Positions 22,279-34,059 of a DNA stretch of 34,059 nucleotides are shown one piece after another. Origin of the DNA: Catajapyx aquilonaris (taxonomy: Eukaryota); the NCBI GenBank assembly GCA_000934665.2, contig KZ538015.1, positions 124,001-158,059 of the forward strand, given 5' to 3'. Position numbers and translations under genes: made by a program. The notes under the pieces were generated by a model that did not search any database, was not told the DNA's origin, and saw only the letters and a program-made list of their open reading frames with translations. Every line of letters starts with the position of its first letter. Position 1 is the first letter of the stretch.

Positions 22279-22543
22279 GTTACTCCCCCTCTTATCGCAT
22301 TCAGGGGGTGATGGGGTGGTAATGTGTTTTATGGCCGCTGTGGTGCTGAAGTTCTGCAGCCATTTCTGCGTTGCCTGGCGGGACTCCTTTGCACGTAATA
22401 GAAGATGGTAGATTTCAACCGTAACCTCTATTGAATGCGTCTTTGCCCATTGCGATCGCTGCAGAAGTTCATCGCCGCAGCAGCCATAAAGGCATTGTCA
22501 CCTCGCTGAATAGGGATTTATATGGAGTTGGGGTACGAGTGAC
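22279..22543. repeat. Imperfect inverted repeat (MITE-like insertion) in the 3' UTR of ADI1 copy 1
   Basis: Arm 22279-22360 (...TTTATGGCCGCTGTGGTGCTGAAGTTCTGCAGC) matches the reverse complement of 22458-22543 (...TTTATGGCTGCTGCGGCGATGAACTTCTGCAGC). The ~300-bp segment is absent from the copy 2 3' UTR. Confidence 0.75.
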
Positions 22544-23084
22544 AGGGGGCTGATCAATCTTCCACACGTGACGTTTTGAAAGTTTATATATTCGATTCTG
22601 GGATTTTAGTGCCAAATAAAGTGATATATTTTGCTTACGAGACACCCTGTATTTATAATATTGCTAACTATGTACAGAAACATTTTAAACACCTAGCAAA
22701 GTCAATAATAACTAGATAATTCTGTGCAGGGAGAAAAAAAAAAGTTTTCATGAATACACTTGGATTCAACATAATATTGTAAGCTGCTACTGTTGGGATG
22801 AAGATAACAAAATAAGCAGCTACTATGTAATGACAGCATTAAGCTGCTTATATTGCTGTCTGTTTACACGTTCCAGCCAGCCATGTGCTGATGCATTGTG
22901 CAGTTCTTATTGGTCAATTTGGGATTAAACTATCACCTGATTGGCTGTGGTGTCCTGTTGTTAGTCTTCTCTTTGATCATTTGCACGTGTAAACCCTCGG
23001 CCATTGCTGCACTTTTCCAATCGTTCGATCTTTTCCGATCTCTCCGATTTTGTTCCTATTTTTCCAATTTTAAAAGACTCAACG

Positions 23085-24125
23085 ATGGTTCAGGCTTGGT
23101 TCATGGACGACTCTGATGCTGACCAGCGTCTGGAGCACAAGCTGGACCCTCCCGAGTACCTCCAAGTGGAGGAACTGAAGGCTCTTTGCGGGGTCCTCTA
23201 TTGGAAGGTATACACTTGTTGGAACATTTGGTGACGTAACTACATTACATAAGAATAAGAAGCATGTGATGAAATGAGTTAATTTCGTTCCTTACTGCCA
23301 CTACATGTTTAATTCTGCAGGGAGATTAAAGTGTGAAGTTGTTTCTGGCAGATGTGCTTATGTTTGATTGATCCCTATTTCGTGTTGTTACAGTTGGACG
23401 CAAAGACATACGTGGAGGATGGAAAGTTGGAACAGATAAAGAAGGAGCGTGGTTACACTTACGCAGATATCTGTGAAATGTCCAAGGAGAAGATGGGGCC
23501 TGACTATGAAAAGACAGTAAGCTGCATGATTGCCAGTTGGGACAAACTGCTTAACATAAAAATAGATTGTCGGTTTATTTTTTTTAAAGTAATGCAGTTA
23601 CTGGCCTGTGATTGCAATCAATCAATTTATTTCACTGTTTATCCCAGACCCATTGCAATATATGTAGTACATTTGCAGATTGCTGATTATAGCATAGAGA
23701 AGGCCATGTATGATTCGAGTTACAGTAGGCCCATGTTATCATGCCATTTGGCCACATACATTAGAAGATAATAAATCGATTTCAATTGTTCCAGTGTAGG
23801 CTCTTGGAGGATTAGCCAGATATTGTCTCTTTGTAATGGTGGTATGTGATTTTGTAGTTTAAACCTGCCTCCCTTCTGGGCATTCACTAAGAATATGGAC
23901 CCAGTCATTAAGATTCTTATAGTTACAAAGATTACAATTTTCATCAGGATTAATTTGGAGGCTTCTTCTGTTACCTAATGGTATCCAATTTATTAGAATT
24001 AAATCTGAGGCATGCCAACATTCTACTAACAATAAGATTTAATATATGGTACAGGAACTCTATGGAGAGTGGAAGTATCTATAATTATCATAGTATATCA
24101 ATTTCATATGGTTAGAAGTTGATTT

Positions 24126-24194
<69 letters not shown>

Positions 24195-25335
24195 CCTGGG
24201 GCTTTTTAGGGGATCATCTTTTTAATTAACAGACTTTAATCATTGCCTTTGCTGTGATGGATTTTAATAGTGGGAGGAAATGGGAGAACCCCGAGAAAAC
24301 CCACGTGAACATGGAGAGAACCCATCGAAACTTTATCGACATAACTATCCTCCGTCCGACCCAGGGATCGATCTCGGGACCTTAGAGGTGGAAGGCTGTG
24401 GCGCTAACCACTCTGCCACCGTGCCGCCCAACAAGTCGACTTATTGGGACAAGCAATATTAATTTTTTCCTTCGATATCCAGCATCGTTTGTGTTAGTGT
24501 TGCATACTTTCGCAACCAGTTTTTGTCATCTCTCGCCGTGAAATTTCTAATTGATTGCCCATATTCGTTGAGCAGTTTATCTAGTTGCTTGATCCAGTTA
24601 TATTTTATTGGGGTTGTATTTTAATACCTAAATAAGTATATGTTGAAAGTATTTCTAATTGATTATCTTCTAATATAGAAGTGTCAGTGTCGGAAAGTCG
24701 ATCACCTTTCCTAAATATTATCACCTTCGTTTTAGAAATGTTAATCAATCCATTATTCTTAAGGTAGTTACCTGTGTGGTCAAGTAGCTTCTGTAGGTAT
24801 AAATTTATTGTCCGCTAACAAGACAATATCAAATTATACAAATAGTAAAGCTTTAATATCGTGACCGTTGTCAAGCCGTCACCTTGCAATTGGATTCCAT
24901 CCGTGTTATGACTTGTCAGCCAATGCATGACCTGTGATAGCAATGTTGACATGCTTGTTATGCTGCTTGCAGATCAAGATGTTTTACGAGGAGCATCTCC
25001 ACACAGACGAAGAGATCCGCTTTACTTTGGATGGTTCTGGCTATTTTGATGTTCGTGACCGCAAGGACCGTTGGATTCGAATTCTGGTTGAACGTGGAGA
25101 TCTTCTGATTGTCCCTGCTGGAATTTACCATCGCTTCACCATGGATTCTAATGTGGGAACATGATTGTAAGCTGTACACCTGGCAGGGAACTAACAGTTG
25201 GATCCTACTTTCCAGAATTACGTGAAGACAATGCGGCTGTTTGTTGGTGAACCTGTTTGGACACCTCACAACCGTCCAGCAGACAACGTGCCAGCCAGGC
25301 AGGAGTATCTGGCACAACTGGAGCGAGGATTCTAA
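23085..25335 (+). CDS. ADI1: Acireductone dioxygenase (ARD/ADI1), copy 2, 181 aa
   Basis: Exons 23085-23207, 23394-23516, 24973-25152 and 25216-25335. The frame is intact and the metal ligands (HLH...E...H) are retained. Intron 2 is expanded to 1456 nt versus 133 nt in copy 1. AATAAA is at 25437-25442. Confidence 0.95.
23619..24930 (-). mobile_element. 5'-truncated, decayed non-LTR retrotransposon (LINE) fragment
   Basis: The 14-bp TSD is CCTGTGAT(T/A)GCAAT at 23605-23618 and 24931-24944. The minus strand gives [16 protein letters not shown] (degenerate LLFADD motif) and [31 protein letters not shown]...YTYLGI (RT C-terminal part). It also gives [22 protein letters not shown] (CCHC knuckle). 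The 3' end has AATAAA plus (ATTG)n. Confidence 0.88.
24129..24429 (-). mobile_element. tRNA-derived SINE with V-domain-like core and (ATT)22 tail, nested in the LINE
   Basis: The minus strand begins GGGCGGCACGGTGGCAGAGTGGTTAGCGC (A box) and then GAGATCGATCCC (degenerate B box). The core GTTCTCTCCATGTTCACGTGGGTTTTCTCGGGGTTCTCCCATTTCCTCCCAC resembles the V-SINE core. The tail is (AAT)22 at 24129-24194. A possible eroded TSD lies at 24114-24128 / 24431-24445. Confidence 0.85.
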
Positions 25336-25610
25336 GCACCTGAGACTGAACCGCCCAATTCCGATGGACATCCAAACTGACATCTTCCACACATTACGTT
25401 TTCAAAGTTTATACAAATTCTGGGATTTTAGTGCCAAATAAAGGGATCTATTTTGCTTACGAGACATCCTGCATTTACACCATTGACAACTACGTGTACA
25501 CTAACATTTTCAACAACCACCAAAGTCAATAATAACTTGATTATTGTTTGCAGAGGGAAAATAGATTTTCCCCCCCCTAAATACAATAATTGGATGCAAC
25601 ATAATATTAG

Positions 25611-25982
25611 AAGCTGCTATTGATGTGTGATAATCGGTACATAATTAAGCTGCTACTGACGTCAATAAGCAGCTTTATGATTAAGCTGCTACTGGCGTCA
25701 AAGCCACTACATTAATAAGCAGCTTCATGATTAAGCTGCTACCGAAGCCATAGCCGCTACATGGATAAGCTGCTACTGGTGACAAAGCAGCTACATGAAT
25801 AAGCTGTTACATGATTAAGCTGCTACCGAAACCATAGCTGCTACATGGATAAGCTGCTACCGAAGCCATAGTCGCTTCATGATTAAGCTGTTACTGACGC
25901 CATAGCCCCTACATGAATGACGTCATCATTGTAATAACCGCTACATGGTTAAGCTGCTACTGACGTGCAATAACTGCTACAC
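25611..25982. repeat. Degenerate tandem repeat built on AAGCTGCTAC (~34-bp unit)
   Basis: CATG(A/G)(T/A)TAAGCTGCTACCGAAGCCATAGCCGCTA and variants are repeated. The core is shared with the 20566-20980 minisatellite. Confidence 0.85.
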
Positions 25983-26069
25983 GATGATGCAGTTAGATAC
26001 GGGCCGAAAAAGCGGCCACGGCTGGTGCTGCCCTCTGTGCACCTTTCACCGAAAGAGGGCTACGACTGC

Positions 26070-26279
26070 GTCTGTTTACACGCGCCAGTTTGCCTTCCTG
26101 CGCATGCGTTCCTGCATACCCTTCATCTCTATTCGTTCTTTCCGCCAAGTCGTCCATTCGGATTGGTCCGCTTGAATTCCCCCCTCCCACCCTCCCCCAG
26201 CTCTCCTTCGCCTCCATCCGTGACGTCACAAATGAATTAGGAAGTGACCTGCATCCGAGCAAAAAGGGGAAAAAAAAGA

Positions 26280-26312
<33 letters not shown>
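26070..26312 (+). promoter_or_regulatory. Probable promoter/leader of beta-TrCP
   Basis: TGTTTACAC at 26073, NRF1-like TGCGCATGCG at 26099, GATTGG at 26161, CRE TGACGTCA at 26221, GGAAGT at 26240 and a (GA)n tract at ~26283-26312. Confidence 0.55.
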
Positions 26313-26317
<5 letters not shown>

Positions 26318-26632
26318 AGGGGCCGCCTCTCCTTCTCCTCTCTGCAGGTTTTCATCGCGAGGAAATCCCTGCAGTTTTATCCCTGCAGCATTCTATATTG
26401 CATATCCCCTCTCCTCTACGACGCCCCACCCGCCTCGCCAGCCCCGTCTCTCTCTCCCCCGTCCCCCCCCGTCCCACCAACTACTCCGAGGGGGTGGCCT
26501 CTGCTGCAGCATTTTAGTAGTGTCGGTTCGGCAGAGGGGGAGACGAGGAAGAGGGCAGAGAGAGAAAGGGGCCAACTGGATGCGGAACATCTCCTGGTAG
26601 GGCAGCCAGAGAGAGGAGAGCAGACGCCGCAG

Positions 26633-29600
26633 ATGGAGACGGACAAGATCATCGAGGACAACGCCATACAGGTACGGAAAAAAGGAGGTGGTGGACTAGG
26701 GCTGGCTTCCAAAATGTAGGACACTTCAAGTAGTGGGGGGAGAGAGAGTTCGAATGGTCGATCCCTTGCAGTCAAATACATGCCACCTCAGGATGGTCTG
26801 CATGGAATTATAGTGGGATTTGCCATAGGATAGACGTACAGTGGAGGGGGGGTCAGTCACCACAGGACATGTTCTGATCCCCAATAAAATGGCTCGGACA
26901 TTTCCACATAAGGTCGCTGGGAAGGCAGCCTGCAAGCAGATTATAAATGCAGGACATTAATGGCGTTGTACCGGTGCCGCCATGAGCTGATGGCCGCAAA
27001 AGAGCGAATCAGTACATCGCTTCGATTTGCTCTTTTTCCGCCAGCAGCTCATGCGCCACCAGTACAACACCATTAATGTCGATATGCTTCAGGGTGGAGT
27101 ACTGTACTGCCCGTGGATTGTGTTTGCAACTGCTACCCTCCGTAACTACGTAAGAAATCTCATAAGGCCAACAGTGAGCATTTAACAAGAATAAGAGCGT
27201 TTTGAAGCACTGAAATGCTCACTAGTTGGCAGCCAGTTCATTGCTGGTATGTGGTGCTATTAATTCATCCAATCTGGGCATTAAACAATCACTTCGATAA
27301 ACTGGATGCCATATTGTACCTGCAGCCAATGGAAGTTAATGGGAGTGTTATTGCTCACTTGCATGCGGGAAAAGGCAGTTTAAAGGCTACTTAATCACCG
27401 TGCTTAACAATATACAGAGGTGGGAAGCTGGCCTTAAGCTCTGGATAGCACGTACCCCTATTCCCATGCGGTGACCTCCTAATGACATTATTCTCATTGA
27501 CCCACTCTTTTAAACTGACCTAGCCTTCTGTTTCACATGGAAATTGGCAGCATCAACTCTGATTGACAGTGATTTGAGTACCTGCATTTTGGATTTGAGT
27601 TAATTTAAAGAAATGTTTTTCAGAGATATTTTTCAAGTCGTGGGCAAGGTTACAGATAGGTGGGTGTTTGCAGTGGATGTGACCTGCAATTAAAGGGGTT
27701 GTAAAAGGGGGATTACTTTCCTGATTGAAGTTCATGCAATGCAAAGATATGAGAACATAAATTTTCCTTATTCGCCGCCTCATCCATCCATATTTCTGCC
27801 TGATAAAGGATGACTGTTACTTGGGTAATTCCCCAGTAAATGACATGGTTACATCTCCACACGCCAATAATGAACAAAAGCAGCATGGAAAGTATTGACG
27901 TAGCCTGTTTTATTGGCAGGACTGTGCTTTATGGAGCATGAAAGTGATATTTTAAATGCCCTGATATGATAATAATGGAATTTGGCAAAGAAATGAAAAG
28001 TTGGTCTTCCTCCATTTGTTTTCAGGTTTGGCCTATTTTCCTTGCGTGCTAAGTTGTAACCATGCGGACCTTCTCCCCCCTTGAAAACATGTGCAGTGGT
28101 ATGGCATGGTTTTTATGGTTGAGAAGAACACAAAAGAGTGTTTTCTTTTGTTAAAAACAATACTTTTACTTGCCTTGCTATTTTCATACTTCTAACCACG
28201 CTACTGTTGGCAGTAATCATGCTTAACCTGGCAATGTTTACAATATAAATCAACATGCAAAAATGGAAGTTTCTGAAGGGTTAGAACCCTGCAGGTAATG
28301 TATGTTAAATGCGGTAATTATGTTCCTAACCAGTTGTAGTAAATGAGTGAAATCCGAGACAGTTCCTGTCACTCTTAAACAGGTTGAACCGGGCTATTTT
28401 AAAAGTAGAGTTCATTTTATTTCTTCTCCGTTTTTTTTTTTTGCATGCTAAATTAGAAGAGAGTTGGAAGTGATACTGTGGTGAAAGTGTTCATGTGCAC
28501 AAAAAGAAATGTTAAGATGTGCTGAATTGTTAAGTGTGTCATTCACTCTCTTTGTGTCTGGTAAAGGAGCCGTGCTGGCATTTTTATGTGCAGAAGCTAG
28601 GGGGGGGGAGATAACACCAGAAAATTCTGTACAGTGCGGTGCTTTGTTATGCTGGTGCTGAGGAAAGGCTTTGAGTAAGTCACTTTCCATATCAACCAAT
28701 TCGACATCTGTTCTTGGAGGAATAATCAGGCTGCAGGAATCGAGCGAGCGTAGTACAATAACACATCACAATTGGACCTGTCGACACTTGTTCTGACGTA
28801 GCAACGAGGGTAATCTACCCAAATTGTCAGAATAGAGTTATAATTATTGTGGAATCTCTCGTCCCTGGAATTGTGTTGCATAAGTGCCATTATGGCCATG
28901 CAGATGACCTCGCAAAAGTCACATGCTGGGTGAGAATTTATGGGAAACGAGTCACGTGATTGAGTCTCCCCTTACATGTTCAGTATCAGTATGGGTCATT
29001 GCTCTGAGTTGGCTGCGAGTCAGGTAATATCACCACGGGCTTACTGCTGCCTAAATAGTCATGAACTGACCAATTAGGGTGATACACGTGCTTAGTAAGC
29101 ATGCCCTTCCTATGTGCTGTGTAATCAAGTGTTGCATCACCGAGGGCCTCACATGAACAGTTTGCATGTCAAGTGCAACATGTCCAGCATTTACACAAAA
29201 ATATCAAGTAAAGTACATGCAATGCAACAGGAAACTTGTTGTTTTGGTTAGTGCTTGCTATATCTGAATGCTTGTGGATTTCAAAATACGAGACCATTAC
29301 ATTTGTCGATGGTGCTGTGTAAATGATCGCAATGTTACACGTTATGCGTCACAAAATAGTGAAGAATGTGTGAACGTCCAAGGAATGAGTACTTGGAAAA
29401 AAAATGTGCTGCACTTCTTGACGAGGTTCTTGATATTGACCGAATAATTAGCTATACTGAGCTGCATGACGTGAAGCTGTTGGTCCGTTGCTATCTTAAT
29501 CTTTGTCCTACACATGTGCGTGGCCTTGAAGGCTCATTGGTTCTGGGAAGAAGACCATTTCCTTCACCCCTAAAGTCGAGGAGATTATTGCGATGAACTT

Positions 29601-32600
29601 TAGGCAGGCCAATGCAATTTCTGTTTAGGTTTTTTGATACTGTGGTAGACAACTTTTAGTAAATGAAATGAATATAATTCGGCAGGTGATGCTTCAAGTT
29701 CTTGACTCTCGTATCATGGTTTGTTATTTCCAGGTACCAATGACAATCCTGTATGATCGACCTCTGAAGAAGGACCCATCGCCTCAGTTCATGACTGAGA
29801 GGGAGTTATGCCTTCAGTACTTTGAGAAATGGAGCGAACAGGACCAGATAGAGTTTGTGGAGCACCTGCTGTCCAGGATGTGCCACTATCAGCATGGGCA
29901 CATCAATGCCTTCCTCAAACCAATGCTGCAGAGGGACTTCATCTCCTTACTACCAAGTTAGTATCCGTGCCACTCGTAACTTCACTCGCAGTGTGTTTGA
30001 TGGGAACTGAGGGTTGGCAGGTTGATCTGCAGAATGGAAGTTGACGTGTCGCAGGGAATGTCAGTGCTATTCCCACATGCACAGGAGGTGACTTGAAGCA
30101 GTATCAGGCAATGTTTTTGAAATGAATTGATGACGACAGTACCATTATGACATATTTGAATGATGATAATATCTGGGGGAAATATCTTGATGTGAACTGC
30201 AAGATGAACGATAAAATTGTTTACTTGCCCACCTACTGACGGTGTTAATGTCTTGGGTAGCACTTGTCTGCAAACATATCCTGGTTTTGCAGAGCCAAAG
30301 CCTGTGACAAAGGAGACTGACAACGACAAAGACATGTTAGGAGCCCAGGTCGGGCAGCAGGCACTGGAGAAGACCGAGGGTGAGAGTAGGCGAAATCATG
30401 ACTGGAGAAATATTAGGAATGTTTTTATCCATGTTGATACTGTAACACGGGCTGTCCTTGTTGTGTGGTGGATCATACGTAGTTGCTGAATTTTAGCGAA
30501 TGAAAATTTATTAACCATATTTGGACTTTGAGTAACATAATATTCATTGGCTGGTTGTAGTTAGGTGTTCGTACCATTCATGTTTTGTCTGGTCATGGGA
30601 AGAAATTGTTTTTATGTGACTCACAAGTCAGCTGACACTGTAGTGGGAATCGCACTGTCAGCCAAGCTCATTACAGAATAATGGCTGGGCTTACAATGTT
30701 TGTCAATGTGCGGAATATGACATTGCCATTTTTTTTTTTTTTTTTTTGCTACCTTTTATGACGGAAAGACGCTGTCATAATTACAATTTTTTAAATCTTC
30801 AGAGAAAGGTTTGGACCATGTAGCGGAGAACATCCTGTCCTACCTGGATGCCAAGTCCCTGTGTGCAGCTGAGCTGGTGTGCAAGGAGTGGTACCGTGTG
30901 ATATCGGAGGGCATGCTGTGGAAGAAGCTGATTGAGAGGAAGGTCAGGACGGACACCTTGTGGCGGGGACTGGCTGAAAGGCGCTGCTGGATCCAGTACC
31001 TCTTCAAACCCAAGCCTGGAGAGTCGCATCCAAACCACACTTTCTACAGGAGGCTATATCCCAAAATCATTCAGGATATTGAGGTGAGAGGGGGGCTGTA
31101 CAGGTCGTGGGACCTCGTTAATTCAGGACGAACGAATTTTATTTTTGACTCGAGGCTTACCCTTCACTCCAATTTCGTTGCGTTTTGTTGGTTTTTGACC
31201 ATGAAATGATTCAAAAACGACGCTTATAAAATTTCTTTTTGCTTCCAGAGCATCGAGAACAACTGGCGCATGGGCCGTCACAACCTGCAGAGAATTAACT
31301 GCCGCTCTGAGAACTCGAAGGGTGTCTACTGCTTACAGTATGACGACACAAAGATCGTGTCTGGACTCAGGGACAACACCATAAAGATCTGGGACAGAAC
31401 GTCGCTGCAGTGCGTTAAGGTTGGCAACAACTCTTTCCTATGGCCTGCGTACAGCCCTGCTATTACCTGACAGTGTTTCTTGACATAAAGTTCTCTTACA
31501 AGTTGCTAATGTCATAATTATTGCCTTAGGGTACCAGTTACCATCTAGCATGACGTAGATCTTTCTTGAATAGTGCTAAAAAGTGGTTATGTTCCCCCAC
31601 CGGTTGTTGATCCCTAGCATTGCTTGTGTGTTCAGCGTTATACCCTCAGCGCTCTTGTGACCCCGGCAGGTACTGACGGGGCACACTGGGTCAGTGCTGT
31701 GCTTGCAATACGATGACAAAGTGATTATCAGCGGGTCGAGCGACTCTACTGTGAGGGTGTGGGATGTCAACACTGGCGACATGGTCAACACCCTCATCCA
31801 CCACTGCGAGGCCGTCCTTCACCTCAGGTTCAATAACGGGATGATGGTCACTTGCTCAAAGGTACGGTGTGCTGATACATATCAAGTCTCTTTAGCGTAA
31901 TATTGTCCTATTGATTGAAGTCGCTAATGGTGCTTTACACATTCTCAGGACCGTTCAATTGCTGTGTGGGACATGGTGTCCGCCATGGAGATAAATCTCC
32001 GTCGAGTGCTGGTTGGCCACCGTGCTGCTGTGAATGTGGTTGATTTTGATGAGAAGTACATTGTTTCCGCATCGGGTGATCGTACTATCAAGGTCTGGAA
32101 TACCTCCACCTGTGAATTTGTCCGCACCCTCAATGGGCACAAGAGAGGTATTGCTTGCCTTCAGTACAGGGACAGGCTTGTTGTCAGTGGGAGCTCGGAC
32201 AACACTATACGGTGAGTGGTACATATGGCCGTGTGCTAAATATTTCAAATGCTCAAATTTCACTTCAGAAACATGCTAATAATGTCTCCTGATGACTCGG
32301 AACTGTGTGCATTGTTTTAACAGGTTCTGTTGTCTTGTTTTTACAGGCTGTGGGACATAGAGTGTGGTGCCTGTTTAAGAGTTCTTGAAGGGCATGAAGA
32401 GCTGGTTAGGTGTATTAGGTTTGACAACAAGAGGATAGTAAGCGGTGCCTATGATGGGTCAGTATCGTGTTTTCTACAGATGTGATCTGGAGCTATGAAG
32501 TGGAGCGAATCAGATGTTCTAATTTTTCGCTGCTTTTCTCTCATCCAGAAAAATTAAAGTGTGGGACCTGACAGCAGCACTTGATCCTAGAGCTCCTGCC

Positions 32601-33115
32601 AGTACACTTTGTTTGCGGACGCTCGTGGTAAGTATCAGCAGTGTTTGTTTGCTGCTTTTTATTTAGCTGTCGATAAGTAAAATTTCAGCAAATTATTACC
32701 ACGTATGCCACGAACTGTCGAAATACTAGACCCAATTTTCTGAAATTTATTGCATTGGCTTGCGAGAAAACTTGGACTCAAGTCCACAGAAATTGTGGTA
32801 TTCACTGAACATTAGATGCATACCAGAACAGCCTGTGTTTTGTGTATGAAGTTATTTTGGTAGAGACAAAGTGTTTAGAAAACAAATTGTGTTGTCTTCG
32901 TTTTTTTTTTTTTCTTTCCCCGTTTCATATTCAACTTCGCGACCAACACCCAAATGCAGGAGCATTCTGGGCGCGTGTTTCGACTCCAGTTTGATGAGTT
33001 CCAGATAGTGAGTAGTTCCCATGATGACACCATTTTGATATGGGACTTCCTCAATTGCACACCTCCAGAGCAGCCCAAGTCTCCATCCAGATCCTATTCT
33101 TACGTGAACACGTAA
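26633..33115 (+). CDS. slmb: Beta-TrCP / Slimb F-box WD40 protein, 504 aa
   Basis: Exons 26633-26671, 29734-29956, 30803-31083, 31249-31419, 31670-31861, 31949-32211, 32347-32457, 32549-32627 and 32960-33115 total 1515 nt, in frame. The D domain reads [19 protein letters not shown] and the F-box reads [19 protein letters not shown]. Seven WD40 repeats follow ([79 protein letters not shown]). Confidence 0.97.
26953..27080. repeat. Long hairpin (inverted repeat) in beta-TrCP intron 1
   Basis: Arm 26953-27010 (GACATTAATGGCGTTGTACCGGTG...AAAAGAGCGAATC) pairs with 27024-27080 (GATTTGCTCTTTT...CACCAGTACAACACCATTAATGTC) around a 13-nt loop. Confidence 0.85.
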
Positions 33116-34059
33116 GTCGCAGTACGTGAGTCTCCAATTTTTCTCAACTGTTTTATGTCCCGTCCTTTGTGGAAAAAAAATGTTTGAAGTAAAGCATTTT
33201 ATGTCATAAAATGGAAATTGTTTTTATGCACCACCCACAATATATGCTGTATCTTGCCTAATAATAAAGGTGCCATTTTGGAGGCTTGCTGGTGGCCCGA
33301 ATGTTGTATGCTAAAATGCTTTTGTGCCGTGATTTCTGTAGGCGTTTGGAAAATAATGCATTTGTAACAAGCTGTCTGTTGTGTTCATTAATTTGTCCGC
33401 ATCTAATGAACGTAATGCGTTACAAACTCTTGAAACCTGTGCATGATATTACGTACCTGACATTCCAGCACATAAATTGGTAATGTCATTGTGAAGTTGT
33501 GGCATGTTGTGGATGTTATGAAATTCTCGATTGTGACATTTTGTAAGCACTAATGCCTTGCCTTGCTGTTTCAGCTATTGAGGAGATAACTTGGTTAGCA
33601 GCTTAAAACTCTTTATAGTGCTGGGTGAGTAAGGCGACAAGTGTTGTGTGCACTATAAGGTATGATCGTCCACATGCACTGAACACTTTTTTTTGTTTTG
33701 CCCTTCCCCCCCTCAACATCCAATGGCAGAATTAAGCTTCCCTTCACTTAACACATCCCCTCAACCTCGGTCCCCGTGACGAAAGTGCAGTGACACTGAC
33801 TGACTGTGACATTGCAGTGCATTCCAACTTGTGATTCTTCTTTTTTTTTCCCCCTTTGAAAATAAATTGTTTCGTGTCTGGGAGAGCGCGTAAAAAGAAG
33901 ACTTGATAGTTAATTCCCAAGATAATAAAATTGTTAAAGCGGTCACTGAATGCACTTGAACTGTAAAGCCTGAAAATAGGGGGCGTAGTAATTTATTTCG
34001 TGAGTGAAACAGCAAAACGAGACCAGCCAAAATTTGTTTTCAATTTTTTTTGGGGGGGG

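Noticed and set aside
24355..24429. tRNA gene on the minus strand
   Set aside because: The tRNA-like head has a degenerate B box and continues into a SINE core and (ATT)n tail, so it is a SINE.
26090..26719. 209-aa ORF in frame with slimb exon 1
   Set aside because: It spans promoter motifs and a (GA)n tract with no in-frame ATG before 26633, where similarity to Slimb (METDKI) begins.
30033..30087. Another possible cassette exon in slimb intron 2
   Set aside because: Its length is not a multiple of three for a phase-1 intron, and the splice signals are weak.

Overview
This is eukaryotic animal genomic DNA with many short spliceosomal introns of about 55-70 nt. It is probably arthropod, judging by the Slimb N-terminus METDKI...LYD...KKD.SP. 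The left ~7 kb is repeat debris: a decayed PARG fragment, a Harbinger-type MITE, a hAT-type MITE, a mariner-derived foldback element and an AT-rich complex repeat. Five conserved + strand genes follow: a casein kinase 1 alpha-like gene (8047-10695), V-ATPase subunit B (18435-20126), two tandem acireductone dioxygenase (ADI1) copies (21274-22210, 23085-25335) and beta-TrCP/slimb (26633-33115). The second ADI1 copy carries a LINE fragment with a nested V-SINE in intron 2. The most unusual region is 13.4-17.2 kb on the minus strand. It holds a tightly packed series of seven small hydrophobic ORFs, mostly two-TM hairpins with a recurring W-x-x-P loop motif, plus a myristoylation-motif orphan ORF. 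The ORFs are joined by canonical ~60-nt introns that fall in the spacers between them. This looks like one or two spliced polycistronic mRNAs encoding a family of membrane micropeptides. All exon models were read by eye and no database searches were run.
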